Shown: in pieces, positions 1 through 11,685 of the stretch | How the letters are laid out: each line of letters opens with the position of its first letter | Numbering within the stretch: position 1 is the first letter of the stretch | DNA from: Nematocida ausubeli | Taxonomy: Eukaryota | Assembly (NCBI RefSeq): GCF_000738915.1 | Contig: NW_026515634.1 | Span: forward strand, 847,156 to 911,155 | Length of the DNA: 64,000 bases | Reading direction: 5' to 3' | Position numbers and translations under genes: made by a program | Notes under the pieces: model-generated | What the model was told of the DNA's origin: nothing | The model's database searches: none | What the model saw: only the letters and a program-made list of their open reading frames with translations

Positions 1-37
1 ACTTATCGTTACATCAGGCTGTTGCAGAAAGCATACT

Positions 38-277
38 TTACCACTCTAAAAGATTCTTTACTTTGAATATCTCTGTGTACACATCTCTTCTTTTCTCCTG
101 CATCTCCATAAGGGCCTTCTGGGTAGTCTTTCCTGAGATATTCTCTGGATGCAAGTCCAAGGAATCAAAATACCCCAAAATAACACCTTTTTTATATTCT
201 CCCATACTCCTACTTGCTAAAATATTATCAATCCCTTCACCTATTCCAATTGCTCTGTCGCTTGTAGCTGCATCCAT
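38..277 (-). CDS. Small hypothetical protein (79 aa); weak resemblance to Yae1/Lto1 Gly-repeat proteins
   Basis: ATG-initiated ORF divergent from NIF3 with 42 bp of AT-rich spacer; GIGEGI...YKKGVILGY segment. Confidence 0.45.
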   Translation of the reverse strand: MDAATSDRAIGIGEGIDNILASRSMGEYKKGVILGYFDSLDLHPENISGKTTQKALMEMQEKRRDVYTEIFKVKNLLEW

Positions 278-319
278 GGAGACTATTAATATAAATAAAT
301 TTTATGTTTTGCAAATCAC

Positions 320-1114
320 ATGGCATTTATACATCGGCTGGCAGAGGCTGTGGAATTAGAATTTCCAAAAGAAAGAGCTGATAGTTCGTGGGACAACACA
401 GGAATCCTTATGGAGTTCTATGAGAGCGAGAAAGAAAGTGTTCTTCTGTGCATAGACTTAACAGACTCTGTTCTGCAAGAGGCCCTGGATCTAGGTATAG
501 AAACAGTTCTGGCGTATCACCCACCTATTTTCACGCCCTTAAAAAGTATTACGCAGGAGAGTCCCATTCTGTGCAAGTGCATGAACAACAAGGTGTCAAT
601 ATACTCTCCGCACACTGCGCTGGATGGAGGAAACAACGGAATCAATAACTGGCTGGGCATGCTCATTCCGGGGGCTGAGTCCATCAGCACAACAGGATAT
701 ATTCAGACATTTAGAAATTCATGCACAATAGAAAGTATCCTGCAGACACTTGAGAAGGAGCTTGGTCTAAACACAATACGGTATGTATTGGGGGATGGGC
801 ATGCGGAGGACACTGTTCCATCCGTTATGTCCATTGGGGCAGGCGCATCCACCAGGAACTTGAAGAAGCTTATCTTGGAGACAGGCAAAAGCAGCGATGA
901 AAAGCCATCTATTGTGATCACAGGAGAAGCATCGCACCATGACATGCTGTGCTTCCAAAGAAATGGGGTCTCCATGATCATCCTGGAGCACTCCAGAAGC
1001 GAAAGGGGATTTCTGCAGCCTCTGGCGGTGCACTTGAAAACAGCTCTTCCAAATGCAGAGGTGCACATTTCAGAGAAGGACGCAGATCCTGTACGGTTCT
1101 ATCAGAAGCAATAA
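320..1114 (+). CDS. NIF3: NIF3/DUF34 (YbgI-like) metal-binding protein
   Basis: Motifs WDNTG, CIDLT, AYHPPIF, YSPHTALD..G.N, ITGEASHH, LEHSRSER. Confidence 0.95.
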   Translation: MAFIHRLAEAVELEFPKERADSSWDNTGILMEFYESEKESVLLCIDLTDSVLQEALDLGIETVLAYHPPIFTPLKSITQESPILCKCMNNKVSIYSPHTALDGGNNGINNWLGMLIPGAESISTTGYIQTFRNSCTIESILQTLEKELGLNTIRYVLGDGHAEDTVPSVMSIGAGASTRNLKKLILETGKSSDEKPSIVITGEASHHDMLCFQRNGVSMIILEHSRSERGFLQPLAVHLKTALPNAEVHISEKDADPVRFYQKQ

Positions 1115-1131
1115 AGATTTAAACGATTTAT

Positions 1132-1668
1132 TTAGTTGTCTCCAGTCTTTTCTACTAGAACAGTGCCGTCAAAGACAGTTCTAAACCAGTTGATAGCCTC
1201 TTCCTGGGACACTCTTTGTCTTTTTCCTACCTTTGCCTTGCATTTTCTTCTCTGGCTGACTCTCTTTCCGGGCTTAGTCAGGATTACGCTGAAGTCCATT
1301 CCGAAGATACCGATGTTGGTGTCGTACTTGATTCCCAGATCGATATGCTCCTGGATACCAAATCCAAAGGTTCCTGTGTTAGAGAAGCAGGTGTATGGAA
1401 GCTCGTACTCCTTTACTCGGAGACCGGCAGTGAGCACGTCCATTGCCTTCTGTCCTCTGATAACCACATTTGTGGCGATCTTTTCGTTTCTTCGGATACC
1501 GAAGGCTCTGAGGGTTATCTTTGCCTTGCTGAACACAGGGGACTGTCCTGATAGCTGCTCAAGCACTTTGGCTGCCTTGTTTAATGAATCGTCATTCTTT
1601 CCGGTACATATGTTTAGGCAGATCTTCTCTAGTTTTATTTGCTGCATGGGATTCTCTTTTCGCTCCAT
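1132..1668 (-). CDS. RPL11: 60S ribosomal protein L11 (uL5)
   Basis: NPM..IKLEKICLNI, FGIRRNEKIA, FGFGIQEHIDLGIKYD; CCCC motif just upstream of the ATG. Confidence 0.98.
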   Translation of the reverse strand: MERKENPMQQIKLEKICLNICTGKNDDSLNKAAKVLEQLSGQSPVFSKAKITLRAFGIRRNEKIATNVVIRGQKAMDVLTAGLRVKEYELPYTCFSNTGTFGFGIQEHIDLGIKYDTNIGIFGMDFSVILTKPGKRVSQRRKCKAKVGKRQRVSQEEAINWFRTVFDGTVLVEKTGDN

Positions 1669-1783
1669 TCTGACTGGGGCGTTATGAAAAAATAAAATTA
1701 AATAATTTCAGCAGCCCAAGGAGCTGTCAATTTCTGGGTTAAAAGAAAGTACAAGGTGGGTTTATTTAGTTTTTACAAAGACT

Positions 1784-1996
1784 CTACTTTATTGACCTTT
1801 TTATTATGCCTCTATGTCTTATTTTTGAAAGAGTTTTGCCTTCTTTGTTTATTACATACTTTGGAAACTCCAAGGGGAATTCAACCACCTGGTACGCTGC
1901 GTTTTCGGATTTAAGAAGAAGTCTCCCATCCTTGTACTTTATAACAGTAAGCTTGCCCTTTTTCAATGTCTTTGGGATCTTAATTGCAATGGACAT
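1784..1996 (-). CDS. Small basic protein, possibly a minimal RNA polymerase III RPC4/Rpc53 C-terminal domain
   Basis: ATG preceded by an AAATTT-type element; GKLTVIKYKDGRLLLK resembles the RPC4 GKL..KSG..L pattern (weak). Confidence 0.35.
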   Translation of the reverse strand: MSIAIKIPKTLKKGKLTVIKYKDGRLLLKSENAAYQVVEFPLEFPKYVINKEGKTLSKIRHRGIIKRSIK

Positions 1997-3012
1997 CGAC
2001 AGAAATTAAATTTGCAACATTAAATATTTATAATTCTTGTGGAATATTCCAGCAACAAACTAAAAAAAGAATTGAGTGAATTTAAATTCCAGTTTATTCA
2101 AAGACATGGAAAGCCCAGAATATACAGATGACCAAGTGATGTGTAGTAGAGTCACGATAAAAATAAGCAGTACATAGAGTCATTCGAGTTATAAGATGTT
2201 TTTGTACTGGGAGTGGAATATTGCAAAGAATCACATACTATACATACTATGAGTGAATAATATACAGTTATTATTAGGCTGCTTTCAACTATTATATGCA
2301 ATGTATACAGGATATGTACTAGACTAGAGTGCATTCTGGTTATATTTGGTGTAAAAAGAGAGAAATACTTTTGCTGCAGTATAGCTATGCGTGTATGTAT
2401 TTATGCAGTCTCTGGAAGAAATTACAAAACAGATGCATGGAGCGTGGATGCAGTTCAAGAAGTTGGGTGAGTGAAGGAGAGTATGCTTTGATTGTTTGGT
2501 TAAAGATATAAGCGTATAAAGAGAAAGACTTTCTTAAATATTAAGATCTTTAATGAGTATCTGCAGAGGATGGCATTCTTAGGGATGGAAAATAAGTAGT
2601 TTTGCATGGATTTATGTACATACTGGAAAGATGTTCACGAAATTTAGGCCATATTCTGGAGAAATCTGCTAGATTATTTTTTCATGTGGGAATAATTATA
2701 TGCTAGAAAACACTTTAAGTCTATTTTAGAAAAATTAAACTATCCTGTGACTGGGACAACAAAGAGGTGAATTTAAAGTATTACTATTTAGCATATAAGA
2801 CTATATTTTAGTTATTTGGATTATAGTTATTTAAATATTAGTTTTATTTATGAGTACCCGTTAAATTACAGCAAAATACATTATAATAATCGGTAGAAAG
2901 CATACTAGCAAGGTTCTACTAAGAAATAGGGCATTTAATAGGGAAATCAGCAATAAAATAACGGGTTATATTCCTGAAAAGAGTTAAATATTGAAAAAAT
3001 TTTAAAATTTAT

Positions 3013-4386
3013 ATGAGAAGTTCAGGAGAAGAAGCAAAGCATGGAGAGAAATCATTAAAGATTGATGATATGGAAATATGCTCTAAGGAATATGAAATAA
3101 AAGACATAGATAGTAGCTTAATAGGTAAGACAATTAGGTTCCATGGATGGGTGCGCAGTTTCCACCAGATCGGAAAGAAGTCCTTCTTTACGGTTTATTC
3201 TGCAGGGTATATGGCTAAGTGCATGCATGTCAGTGAAGAAGAGAAGATTCACTTGACAAAGCACACCTCCGTTATTGTTACAGGAGATGTTAAAAAAAAC
3301 TTTACCAAGGACTCATTCCCCTGTGAGATCCACGTGAAATCCTTTGAAATTTTTGGGGGCAAGTTAGCCCCTACTTTTGAGATCGACAGAGAGCAGACAA
3401 GCGAGTCGTTCCTTCTTGACCACCAGCACCTGCTGATTCGAGACATGGAGAAGACAGCTGTTTTGAAGGTTCGTGCAGAGCTTCTGAAGCTTGCAAGGGC
3501 GTTCTATGACGAAAAGGAATACACAGAAGTCACTCCCCCAACACTTGTGCAGACACAGGTAGAAGGAGGAAGTACACTGTTTAAGATGGACTACTTTGGG
3601 GAAGATGCATTCTTGACTCAGTCATCGCAGCTGTACTTGGAGACAGTCGCGCCTATCTTTGGAAAGGCATACTGCATTGCATCATCTTACAGGGCAGAGA
3701 AAAGCAACACCAGAAGACATCTGAGCGAGTATACGCACGTAGAGGCTGAGCTGGCGTGGATTGACTTTGAGACTTTACTTTCTGAGATTGAGGATATGAT
3801 CATCTATCTGACAAAGGGGTTCAACACAAAGTGCATTTCTATACTGAAGCACTTTGGTGTCAAGATGGAGGCTCTTGCCGTTCCAGAGAAGCCGTTTAAA
3901 AGACTGAAGCACTCTGAGGCAATTGACATCCTTGTAAAAGAAGGAGTTAAAAAGGAGGATGGAACAGACTACACATACGCAGATGACATTCCAGATGCAC
4001 CGGAAAGGTTCATATGCGATGTTGTAGGAAAGGGAGCACCAGTGTTCCTAGTCAAGTTCCCCTTTGAAATGAAGAGCTTCTACATGGAGAAGACAGAGGG
4101 CACTTTGACAAACAGCTGTGACCTGCTATACCCTGGTGTAGGTGAGATAGTAGGAGGGTCTATGAGGCTTTGCGACTACGACGAGCTTTTAGCAGGATTT
4201 AAGCGAGAGGGAATATCCCCAGAGCCATACAAATTCTACACGGACCAGGCACTCTACGGTGCATTCCCGCACGGAGGGTATGGCCTTGGCTTTGAAAGAA
4301 TCATCATGGGTTTTATGCCAGAGATTGTGTCCAAGGTGCGCCATGCATGCCTGTACCCAAGATTCAACGGAAGATGCAGACCCTAA
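3013..4386 (+). CDS. NARS: Asparaginyl-tRNA synthetase
   Basis: OB-fold GWV; VQTQVEGGSTLF, LTQSSQLYLE, YRAEKSNTRRHLSEY, GVGEIVGGSMR, PHGGYGLGFER, YPRF. Confidence 0.97.
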   Translation: MRSSGEEAKHGEKSLKIDDMEICSKEYEIKDIDSSLIGKTIRFHGWVRSFHQIGKKSFFTVYSAGYMAKCMHVSEEEKIHLTKHTSVIVTGDVKKNFTKDSFPCEIHVKSFEIFGGKLAPTFEIDREQTSESFLLDHQHLLIRDMEKTAVLKVRAELLKLARAFYDEKEYTEVTPPTLVQTQVEGGSTLFKMDYFGEDAFLTQSSQLYLETVAPIFGKAYCIASSYRAEKSNTRRHLSEYTHVEAELAWIDFETLLSEIEDMIIYLTKGFNTKCISILKHFGVKMEALAVPEKPFKRLKHSEAIDILVKEGVKKEDGTDYTYADDIPDAPERFICDVVGKGAPVFLVKFPFEMKSFYMEKTEGTLTNSCDLLYPGVGEIVGGSMRLCDYDELLAGFKREGISPEPYKFYTDQALYGAFPHGGYGLGFERIIMGFMPEIVSKVRHACLYPRFNGRCRP

Positions 4387-5380
4387 ATGCCTGTGCAGAG
4401 GTGCATATTTGACCAGTCATCTACGTAGTGCAGCAAGTCTTCTCTGGATGACTAAATAAATGCACTTTCCAAAATTCATACTATTCATACTGCCTGCAGC
4501 ACAGAGCACTTACACGCAATATTCATCTTCTTTTCTTTCTTTTATGCAGCCACCCTGGATATCTGTATATTTTCAGATAATGAATCTAGTAGTATGCGAA
4601 TATACAATTGCACTAGGCATCCTGTAAAACAAGGCGAAATATACTCCTGTGAATACTGTAAAGAAAATACAGTGGAGATAAATTAAGCTGAATAAATCAG
4701 GAGTACTAGGGGTAGACCAATTTATATCCAAAAGTGCTTAAAACAAGTGCCTATTATTTATTGTTATACAAGTATTATATACTTAGCGCACTATTTAAGT
4801 GCTTTTAGTTAAGCAATATATGCAGATAAAGAGTATTTTCATTACATCATGCACTAATTTCACATATATCTGCATGGCTGGATACCCAATCCATATCACA
4901 CAATTTTCATATCCATTCAGAGTATATTAGAGCATATTCGGGTTATATCACTGTTATATATGCATTTATATGTATGTAGTCTTGTGCACTTTTTTCGTGG
5001 TGCTAATTAGGATTAGTTCTTAACTGTGCTGAGGTGTATAGTACTGCAGTGCTATGGTGCCATTCTTAAGCTAGCCAGCATAATAATTGCTGTGAAATAG
5101 TCTTAGAATAGATTGCAGGTTCTTTTCATTGCATACAACTAGAGCCATAAATATGCTTTCTTTGGGTCTTTATGCCTCTGTAATGTCTTTTAATTCAGAT
5201 TATACACAAGATATTCCTAGTTGGTCAGCATCTCTATTCAAGATGTTTTAGTTATTGCTATTTCATTTGCTGCTTGCTGCGTGGGTGCTTGTTTCGTTCA
5301 AGCCTATTTAGGTGTGTGCACATCAGTGCTTCTGCCACTCTGGCATCCTATTTAAACAGGCTAGTCATTATACATTTATA

Positions 5381-6481
5381 CTAAAGACTATGTATGTCTC
5401 TTATCTTCAATAGTGCTCGGTTTCCAGATCCTTCAAAATACGGCATAATGTCTTTTTCGCCTTTCTCCTGATGCTTTGTTTCAGGATAATCAGGCGACAA
5501 GGATGTACTACTGCTCGCAGTCTCATCTGTTTTTGCTTTCTCCATGAGTGCAGCTGTCGCTTTATATGAGGACTCTTCCAGAGATTTCTTTTTTAAATAG
5601 CAGTGTGCAGTTGTGTGCCCTGTCTTTTTGCATCCTGTGCATACTATTTTCTTCGTTTGTGCCTTTTGCAGTGGCTTTTCCAGGACCTGGGCCTTTGCAG
5701 CCTGCTCCAGGTTGATTTTTGTTTGCTCCAGCACCTTTGTTTCATATTCGCTGTACTTAATGAGCTTCTCCCGTATCTGATTTGGGGTTTGCGTAAAGTC
5801 TATTTCATCCCACCTAACAGGATAGTTTTTGCCTCGCATTATTTCTTCTTTTAGCTCTTTTAAGGTGTAGTTGCTGCACCAGATGTTAGACAAAACCCTG
5901 CTCACCCAGACTTCCCAGTTATAGTAGCAGCTTTTGATAGATGGAAGCTTAAACTTCTTTTCATTTGCATACTGGCAGATAATCTCTGTCAGATCGTCTT
6001 TCACTCTCTTCCACTCTTCTTTGTGCCCTGCAGTCTCCTTGATTTCCAGGAGCTCCTGGTACTCTTTCATTTTTCTTTTTAAAAGTGCAAGATTTGGATT
6101 TACTTCTGTGTTTATGCCTATACATATATATCTTACCTTTGTAGCAGGAGATGTCTCTCGGATACTTTCTTCCAACCATATTAGATCTTCCAGGTTTTCT
6201 ATAACCTCGTATGGGGTTGCTGTGAAGTTTATTTCATTTCTTATCTGCTTAATCAAGTCTCGAATGTCCTTTTTGTTTCTCTTCAATTTCTCCTCTTCCT
6301 CTAGTGCTGTGCTAGTGGGTGAATCTCTGCTGCTTTGTGAGTTTTGCGAATATGTGGCATAGTCTGCTAGGAAATGCTTTTTTCTTCTTTCCTTTGAAGA
6401 TATCTTTAGCTTATTCTGCAACTCTTCTGCTAAATTGTTTTTTGCATATTTATCGCTCTTTGTCATTGCGTAGTTGTGCAT
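5381..6481 (-). mobile_element. Gag-like ORF with CCHC zinc knuckle (retroelement-derived; no pol seen)
   Basis: CTGCKKTGHTTAHC (CX2CX4HX4C) after a helical region; no protease, RT or integrase motifs or LTRs recognised nearby. Confidence 0.6.
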
Positions 6482-6857
6482 GGTTTTTTTTGTTTTCCTT
6501 TGTATTTATAATTTAACACATACCTAGCCAATCAATGCCTAGAGTTTGGAAAAGAGCCAATAAGCATGCATCTAAATCAACAAATAAATTGTTAAGGTAT
6601 TCGAATAGTTCCTTCTATAGCATAGATTAAATCTAGTGCACTGATAGAGAGTGCTATATTTCTTATGCAGCAGTTTGGCAGCACACTAGATAGTGCGAAT
6701 TAAATATATCCGTATTAAAATACATATTAAAAGCTTTTCTTTATTTATGTGCTACTCTGGATATTCTGGTTTGGGGTAAATTCGTATCAGATGCTGCTGC
6801 CTGGATCTGAGAAATGTAAATCCTGTGAGAATAGTATATATATTAACTTAAGCTTAT

Positions 6858-8426
6858 TTATTGATCATCCTCAAATATAGGCTGTTTGTATGTTGAGGAG
6901 TACTTTGACTCTTTAGCATACTCGTTCATTCCAGCACGGTTTTTAACGTTGTGGTGGACTCTTTTCAAAAATGGATCATTCTTGGAAGATGTCTTTGACT
7001 TGAACACTTTGTTCACTACGTATGCGTGCTGTGTCCTTTGCACCCGCAGTGCACCATTATGGGACTCAGTTATCTGTGGGCCAACCAGCGGCAAGAGGTT
7101 GGTTCTAGCCATGTTTGCAAGTGCCTGACTTTCCTTCTGGGCTGGTCTGACATTTTCTGCAGGAATGGCCTTCTTTGCCTTTGCATTCTGAGTGCGTGCA
7201 CCGCTTGGGAAGCCGTTTGTCTGCTGGGAGCGTGCACCGCTTGGGCAGCTGTTTATCTGCTGGCTGCTCAGTGGGGTCTTGAGTATGCTGAAGTAAGTGG
7301 CTCTGCTGTTTGTGTTTGGATCAACTTTGCTGTAGCCTGTCACATCCTTGCTCTTATAAGTCTGCTGGGGCTTGCTTTTATCTGTGCTTTGCATTCTATT
7401 CTGTGCCTGCTCTCCAAACTTCTTGGGTGGAAGCTGCTCAGAGCGGGTTTTGCTTAGAGGTGCTGCTGCATACTGTCTCCTGCCGTGGCGCAGATGTGCA
7501 GGTGTTGTAAGCATCTTGCGAAGCGTTGGGTTTTCAGAGTCCTTTTCTGCGTACCCAAGGAGCTCTTTCTTAATCTTTTCTCTGGCCTGCTGCTTCTCTG
7601 TCTTGCTGAAGAGGGGCTGTCTGCCTGTGCTTTGGAGACTTCTGTCAACTGGCTTAGCACCAAAGGATGAAGAAGCTGGCCTAGCACCGAAAGATGAAGA
7701 AGCTGGCTTAGCACCGAAAGATGAAGAGGCTGGCTTAGCACCGAAAGATGAAGAAGCTGGCCTAGCACCGAAAGATGAAGAAGCTGGTTTGGCACCAGAA
7801 GGTGAAACAACCGGCATGGTCTTTGTAGGGAAGTCCTTCCACCCAGATGCCCGTGTAGACTCGGATTTATTCAAGCTCATACTCTGAAGGCTCTTGTGGA
7901 CTGACTTCTCGCCAGATGGTGCCACAACAGGCATGTCCTTTGTAGGGAAGTCTTTCCATCCACTAGATCTGGTAGATCCAAGTGATTGTTCACTTAAAGA
8001 GTTCATTTTTGCTGGCATCTCTTCTTCTTCTGAAACATCGCTGAATTCTGCAGTCTGCTTGCTTGGATCAATTGGCAGGGTATAATCTGCATCCTCAGCT
8101 GTCCATGTCTTGTACTTCTTTGTTTTCTGTGCCTCTTTTATCTTATTCATTGACTTGTTTATTACGCCCAGGGCAAGTTTCACTTCCTGGTCATTCTGCG
8201 CATTGTCAAGTGTTATTTCTTCAATGGGCCTAGTGGTTACGCGCCCCATTGTTCCGATTGGCGGTACACCTGTGCGAATGCTTGTTCTGCTGGTGTCTCT
8301 TTCACTGCGCATGCTTGGTGATCCGGGTAGCTTTATTGACTGCACTGGCTTTGCCATTGGATTCTTGTGCTCCTTGAATTGATAGTTCTTGTTTGATGTT
8401 TTTGCTTTTCTGAATGTTTTACCCAT
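6858..8426 (-). CDS. Hypothetical low-complexity basic Ser/Lys-rich protein with internal repeats
   Basis: 522-aa ATG ORF; (GAKPASSSF)x5, SGWKDFPTK.MPVV.PSG x2, QQ.N..PSGAR x2. Confidence 0.85.
   Translation of the reverse strand: MGKTFRKAKTSNKNYQFKEHKNPMAKPVQSIKLPGSPSMRSERDTSRTSIRTGVPPIGTMGRVTTRPIEEITLDNAQNDQEVKLALGVINKSMNKIKEAQKTKKYKTWTAEDADYTLPIDPSKQTAEFSDVSEEEEMPAKMNSLSEQSLGSTRSSGWKDFPTKDMPVVAPSGEKSVHKSLQSMSLNKSESTRASGWKDFPTKTMPVVSPSGAKPASSSFGARPASSSFGAKPASSSFGAKPASSSFGARPASSSFGAKPVDRSLQSTGRQPLFSKTEKQQAREKIKKELLGYAEKDSENPTLRKMLTTPAHLRHGRRQYAAAPLSKTRSEQLPPKKFGEQAQNRMQSTDKSKPQQTYKSKDVTGYSKVDPNTNSRATYFSILKTPLSSQQINSCPSGARSQQTNGFPSGARTQNAKAKKAIPAENVRPAQKESQALANMARTNLLPLVGPQITESHNGALRVQRTQHAYVVNKVFKSKTSSKNDPFLKRVHHNVKNRAGMNEYAKESKYSSTYKQPIFEDDQ
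7650..7797. repeat. 27-bp coding tandem repeat, about 5.5 copies
   Basis: Repeated GGCYTAGCACCRAARGATGAAGARGCT. Confidence 0.95.
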
Positions 8427-9131
8427 ATTTCTTTTATTCTCAGATGCTTATATAGATGACCAGGAGAGATAATCTCCTTTTTTTGGGGAAAATATCCCCT
8501 GTTTTATAAATTGCCATTTCCCCGATATTCGTTATAGAGTGCACATATTTACCATTCTCCTGATATTTTCACTATACCCCGGGTTAATTTCTCTCCTGTT
8601 ACACCCGCATCCCCTGTACTAGTCCAAAAAAGACCATTCAGACTATACAAATACTACGACAGCTGCATAGATTGGTTCTATTACCAGTATAGACTCTAAA
8701 TATCTCCTGTGCAGCAACTTATAAATGTCAGATATATCCAATGGATGGAAATATTACATGCACACATAATAGATCAATTGATGCGTAGTAGTCAATTAAT
8801 ATACCATATCCAAAGCACATCATATTTCAAGTTTAAAATTAGCATATAATATAACACTATATAAACAATTTCTGCAAGTATAAATTGCACAGAGAAGTGC
8901 CTATATGGAAAGAAATAAATAATCTCACATTCTATTCAGCTTTCTCTTTGCATCCTGTACACAAACCCATCTGATTGTGTTAAGTGATATTCTTCTGTAT
9001 TTCCGGCTGTATAACATGGCACTAAGCCATTCTAGCCTAATATACGAACATGCAGATGCATCTTATTTCTTAAATTTCTTAATATCCAGATTCTTTTCCA
9101 TTTGTTCATTCACAGGAATTTTATTTTCTGT

Positions 9132-9362
9132 ATGCACATAAAGATTAAAACACTTGAGGGAACTGAGGTGCAGCTGGAGGTAGACAAGTCAATGAAGATA
9201 AGAAATATCAAGGAGCTCCTGCAGGAAAAAGAGGCAATCTCAGTAGAGCAGCAGAGATTGATCTATGGGGGCAAGCAATTAGTAGATGCAAACACCTTGG
9301 AGACATACAGTATACAAAACAATGACGTACTGCACTTGGTGCTTGCCTTAAGAGGAGGCTAG
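9132..9362 (+). CDS. NEDD8: NEDD8/Rub1 ubiquitin-like protein (76 aa, ending directly in GG)
   Basis: [32 protein letters not shown] at 9132 gives the canonical length. Confidence 0.92.
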   Translation: MHIKIKTLEGTEVQLEVDKSMKIRNIKELLQEKEAISVEQQRLIYGGKQLVDANTLETYSIQNNDVLHLVLALRGG

Positions 9363-9374
9363 AATAAATTCGGG

Positions 9375-9665
9375 CTATCTTCTGTTCTTCCACTGGAAGT
9401 ACTGCTGTGATGCAATTAGCTCTACTACTTGCTTGTACTTCAGTGCATCCACAAACTCCTTTGAAGTCACCAAAAGATGCAGAATATTCAAGGCCTGCGG
9501 GAAGAACAGATACTTAGCATATTCAGGCCTTTTCCAGTACTGCAGGTATGCAAGATACTCCATAAAGTCAGGCCTAGAGAAGTATCCCTGCTGGTACAAG
9601 TACTGCAGATACTGCGGATTACACAGGCACTGCACAAACTCCAACTCTTCAACAAAGCGTGACAT
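9375..9665 (-). CDS. MED31: Mediator subunit Med31/Soh1
   Basis: RF..ELEFVQCL.NP.YL.YL.Q.GYF...F..YL.YLQYWK.PEYAKYL.FP. Confidence 0.97.
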   Translation of the reverse strand: MSRFVEELEFVQCLCNPQYLQYLYQQGYFSRPDFMEYLAYLQYWKRPEYAKYLFFPQALNILHLLVTSKEFVDALKYKQVVELIASQQYFQWKNRR

Positions 9666-9978
9666 AGTGAATAAAAATAAAAGAGTCTTATAACAGATTT
9701 ATAAACTGAAGGAAATTGTCATCCTGCTGTACCATTTATGCGAAAAGGACATAGATACTTCAAGAGACTGCATAAATTGCAGGACAAAAATTAATTAGTC
9801 TTATAATTCTTGATTTTCACAAAAAGACAGAGGCAAGTTTGCAATAGAAGGACTGCAGAGAGTGCAGTGGGTAGATCTGAAAAGAAGAAATCTTAAATAG
9901 TTTTATTCATAGAAGTAAGGAATATAAGGAGGCTATTTGATCTCTATTTAGGCTATATTATTCTTTCTGGGCCTGTGA

Positions 9979-11685
9979 CTACTTTCTTCCACCCTTTCCC
10001 TTCTTTCTTTCTTCTGCTCGCTTGAGACCTGCTTTGTCCTTTTTCATACGCCTGTCGGTCATTTTGAATCTGCCTTTAATTCCCTTTGCAACGGTCTTGC
10101 TTGGGCCTGCAAACACAATCTTGGGCTTCTCTCTTTTCTCCTTCTTCATGGCGCTCTTTCTGATAGACCTGAGGTCGACATCCTCGCAGCCTTCCTCCAA
10201 TCTTTCCTTGATCTTCTTAAGCTTTCTCTCAACTCTTCGCATACGACGGGCCTTCATCTCCTCAAGCTTCTTGGAGACAGTTACCTTACGCTCCAGGTCA
10301 TCCCTCTTCTCGTCGAATACGTATCTCTTGTTGTACTTTGCTTCGTCATTTTTGAAGAAGTGTGGGAGGTTTTCATCGTCATCGTAGACGTATCTGTCAA
10401 TTCCATCAAATTCATCTTCGTCTTTACGGAGTCTGTACCCGCAGACTTTGTCTTCTATCTCAAGAGAGGACGAGCAAGAGTCTGCCTCGCTGTCAGTCTG
10501 ATCTTCTTCAGCATCCTCTAGCTTTACGTCAGACTCTATCTCTGGCTCTTCTTCCTCTTCCTCCGAGTCCTCATCTCTATCGAATATATTGTCCTCAAAG
10601 AAGTCTCCATGAACTTTCTCAATTTCCTCAATATCCTGCTCTGTGAGGCCCAGACTCTTTGTTCTCTTTGCAAGTATCTTTCTCTGGAGGATCTTCTCTC
10701 TTCTGTCCATGGCTCTGCGCACGCTCTGCAGCTCTGCCTCCTGTCTTTCTGCAGGTGTTCGCAGATCCTGCACCTCTTCTGGTGAGTTCTTTCCGTGCAC
10801 GCCAATGTATGCCTTCTGTATTTTCTTCAGCGTACGGACAAGCCTTCTTCGGTCAGCCTCTCCCACCACCTGCAGATCTGACAGAAGAATAGCAGTCTCC
10901 TCGTCAATCATGTCCTTCATGCAGTCGATGTTTACCTTTGTGCAGTGTGTCAGGTCTATTCTGTCTCCAAGTATAGAAGAGAGATTGTTCTCTGCAGCAA
11001 CCACTTCATCCTTCTCTGCGAATAAAAACAGAGGGTCAAAGAATCTCTCGTCAAGGGACTCTGGCTTCTTGTATCCTCTGCATACAAGGAATGCCTCTGC
11101 ACTTTCATCTCTACTGCTACGTGGCTTTGTTGTAATGCACTCAGTGAATAACTGACTGCACATCCACACAAGCGAGTTGAAGTCCTTTGATCTGAACACT
11201 TTTGTCACAAATGTGCCGTTCTTGCGGAGTATCTTGCAGGCCAGCTTGGCTGCATGACAGACCAGCTCATTCTGGACGTACGAGTCTCTCTCCCAGGATG
11301 CTCCTACATTTGGTGCTCCATCGTGCAGCACAAGATCTATCTCAGTCTCTCCAACTGCTGACATTATATCTGACACGCAGTGCTTGTCTGTTATGTCTCC
11401 CTGGATGGTGTGTACCCCGTGGATTGCCTTGATTGGGTCAAGATCCACTCCAACAATCTTGCTGGGTGGGCGCACAGTCTTTGAGAGGACCTGCAGCCAT
11501 CCACCCGGAGCTGCACATAAATCAACAGCTGTGTGTATGTTTGAGAGAAGATTGAATGACTGGTTTAGCTGTATTAGCTTAAAGGCAGAACGGGCTCTGT
11601 ACCCGTGTTCCTTTGCCAGGAAGTAGTATTTATCCAGACGGGCCTTTCCGACTTTCTGTTTTCTTGCTGGTCCAACTTTTCCCAT
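9979..11685 (-). CDS. SPB1: rRNA 2'-O-methyltransferase Spb1 (FtsJ family)
   Basis: GKARLDKYY.LAKEHGYRARSAFKLIQLN, DLCAAPGGW, VLHDGAPNVG, TKVFRSKD; C-terminal KG.KGRFKM.D.RMKKD. Confidence 0.96.
   Translation of the reverse strand: MGKVGPARKQKVGKARLDKYYFLAKEHGYRARSAFKLIQLNQSFNLLSNIHTAVDLCAAPGGWLQVLSKTVRPPSKIVGVDLDPIKAIHGVHTIQGDITDKHCVSDIMSAVGETEIDLVLHDGAPNVGASWERDSYVQNELVCHAAKLACKILRKNGTFVTKVFRSKDFNSLVWMCSQLFTECITTKPRSSRDESAEAFLVCRGYKKPESLDERFFDPLFLFAEKDEVVAAENNLSSILGDRIDLTHCTKVNIDCMKDMIDEETAILLSDLQVVGEADRRRLVRTLKKIQKAYIGVHGKNSPEEVQDLRTPAERQEAELQSVRRAMDRREKILQRKILAKRTKSLGLTEQDIEEIEKVHGDFFEDNIFDRDEDSEEEEEEPEIESDVKLEDAEEDQTDSEADSCSSSLEIEDKVCGYRLRKDEDEFDGIDRYVYDDDENLPHFFKNDEAKYNKRYVFDEKRDDLERKVTVSKKLEEMKARRMRRVERKLKKIKERLEEGCEDVDLRSIRKSAMKKEKREKPKIVFAGPSKTVAKGIKGRFKMTDRRMKKDKAGLKRAEERKKGKGGRK

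Noticed and set aside
9102..9131. Non-ATG N-terminal extensions in the ORF track (NEDD8, ubiquitin, CAC2, DED1, RhoGAP)
   Set aside because: These are TTG/GTG starts from a bacterial-style ORF caller; the downstream ATGs give canonical or more plausible starts
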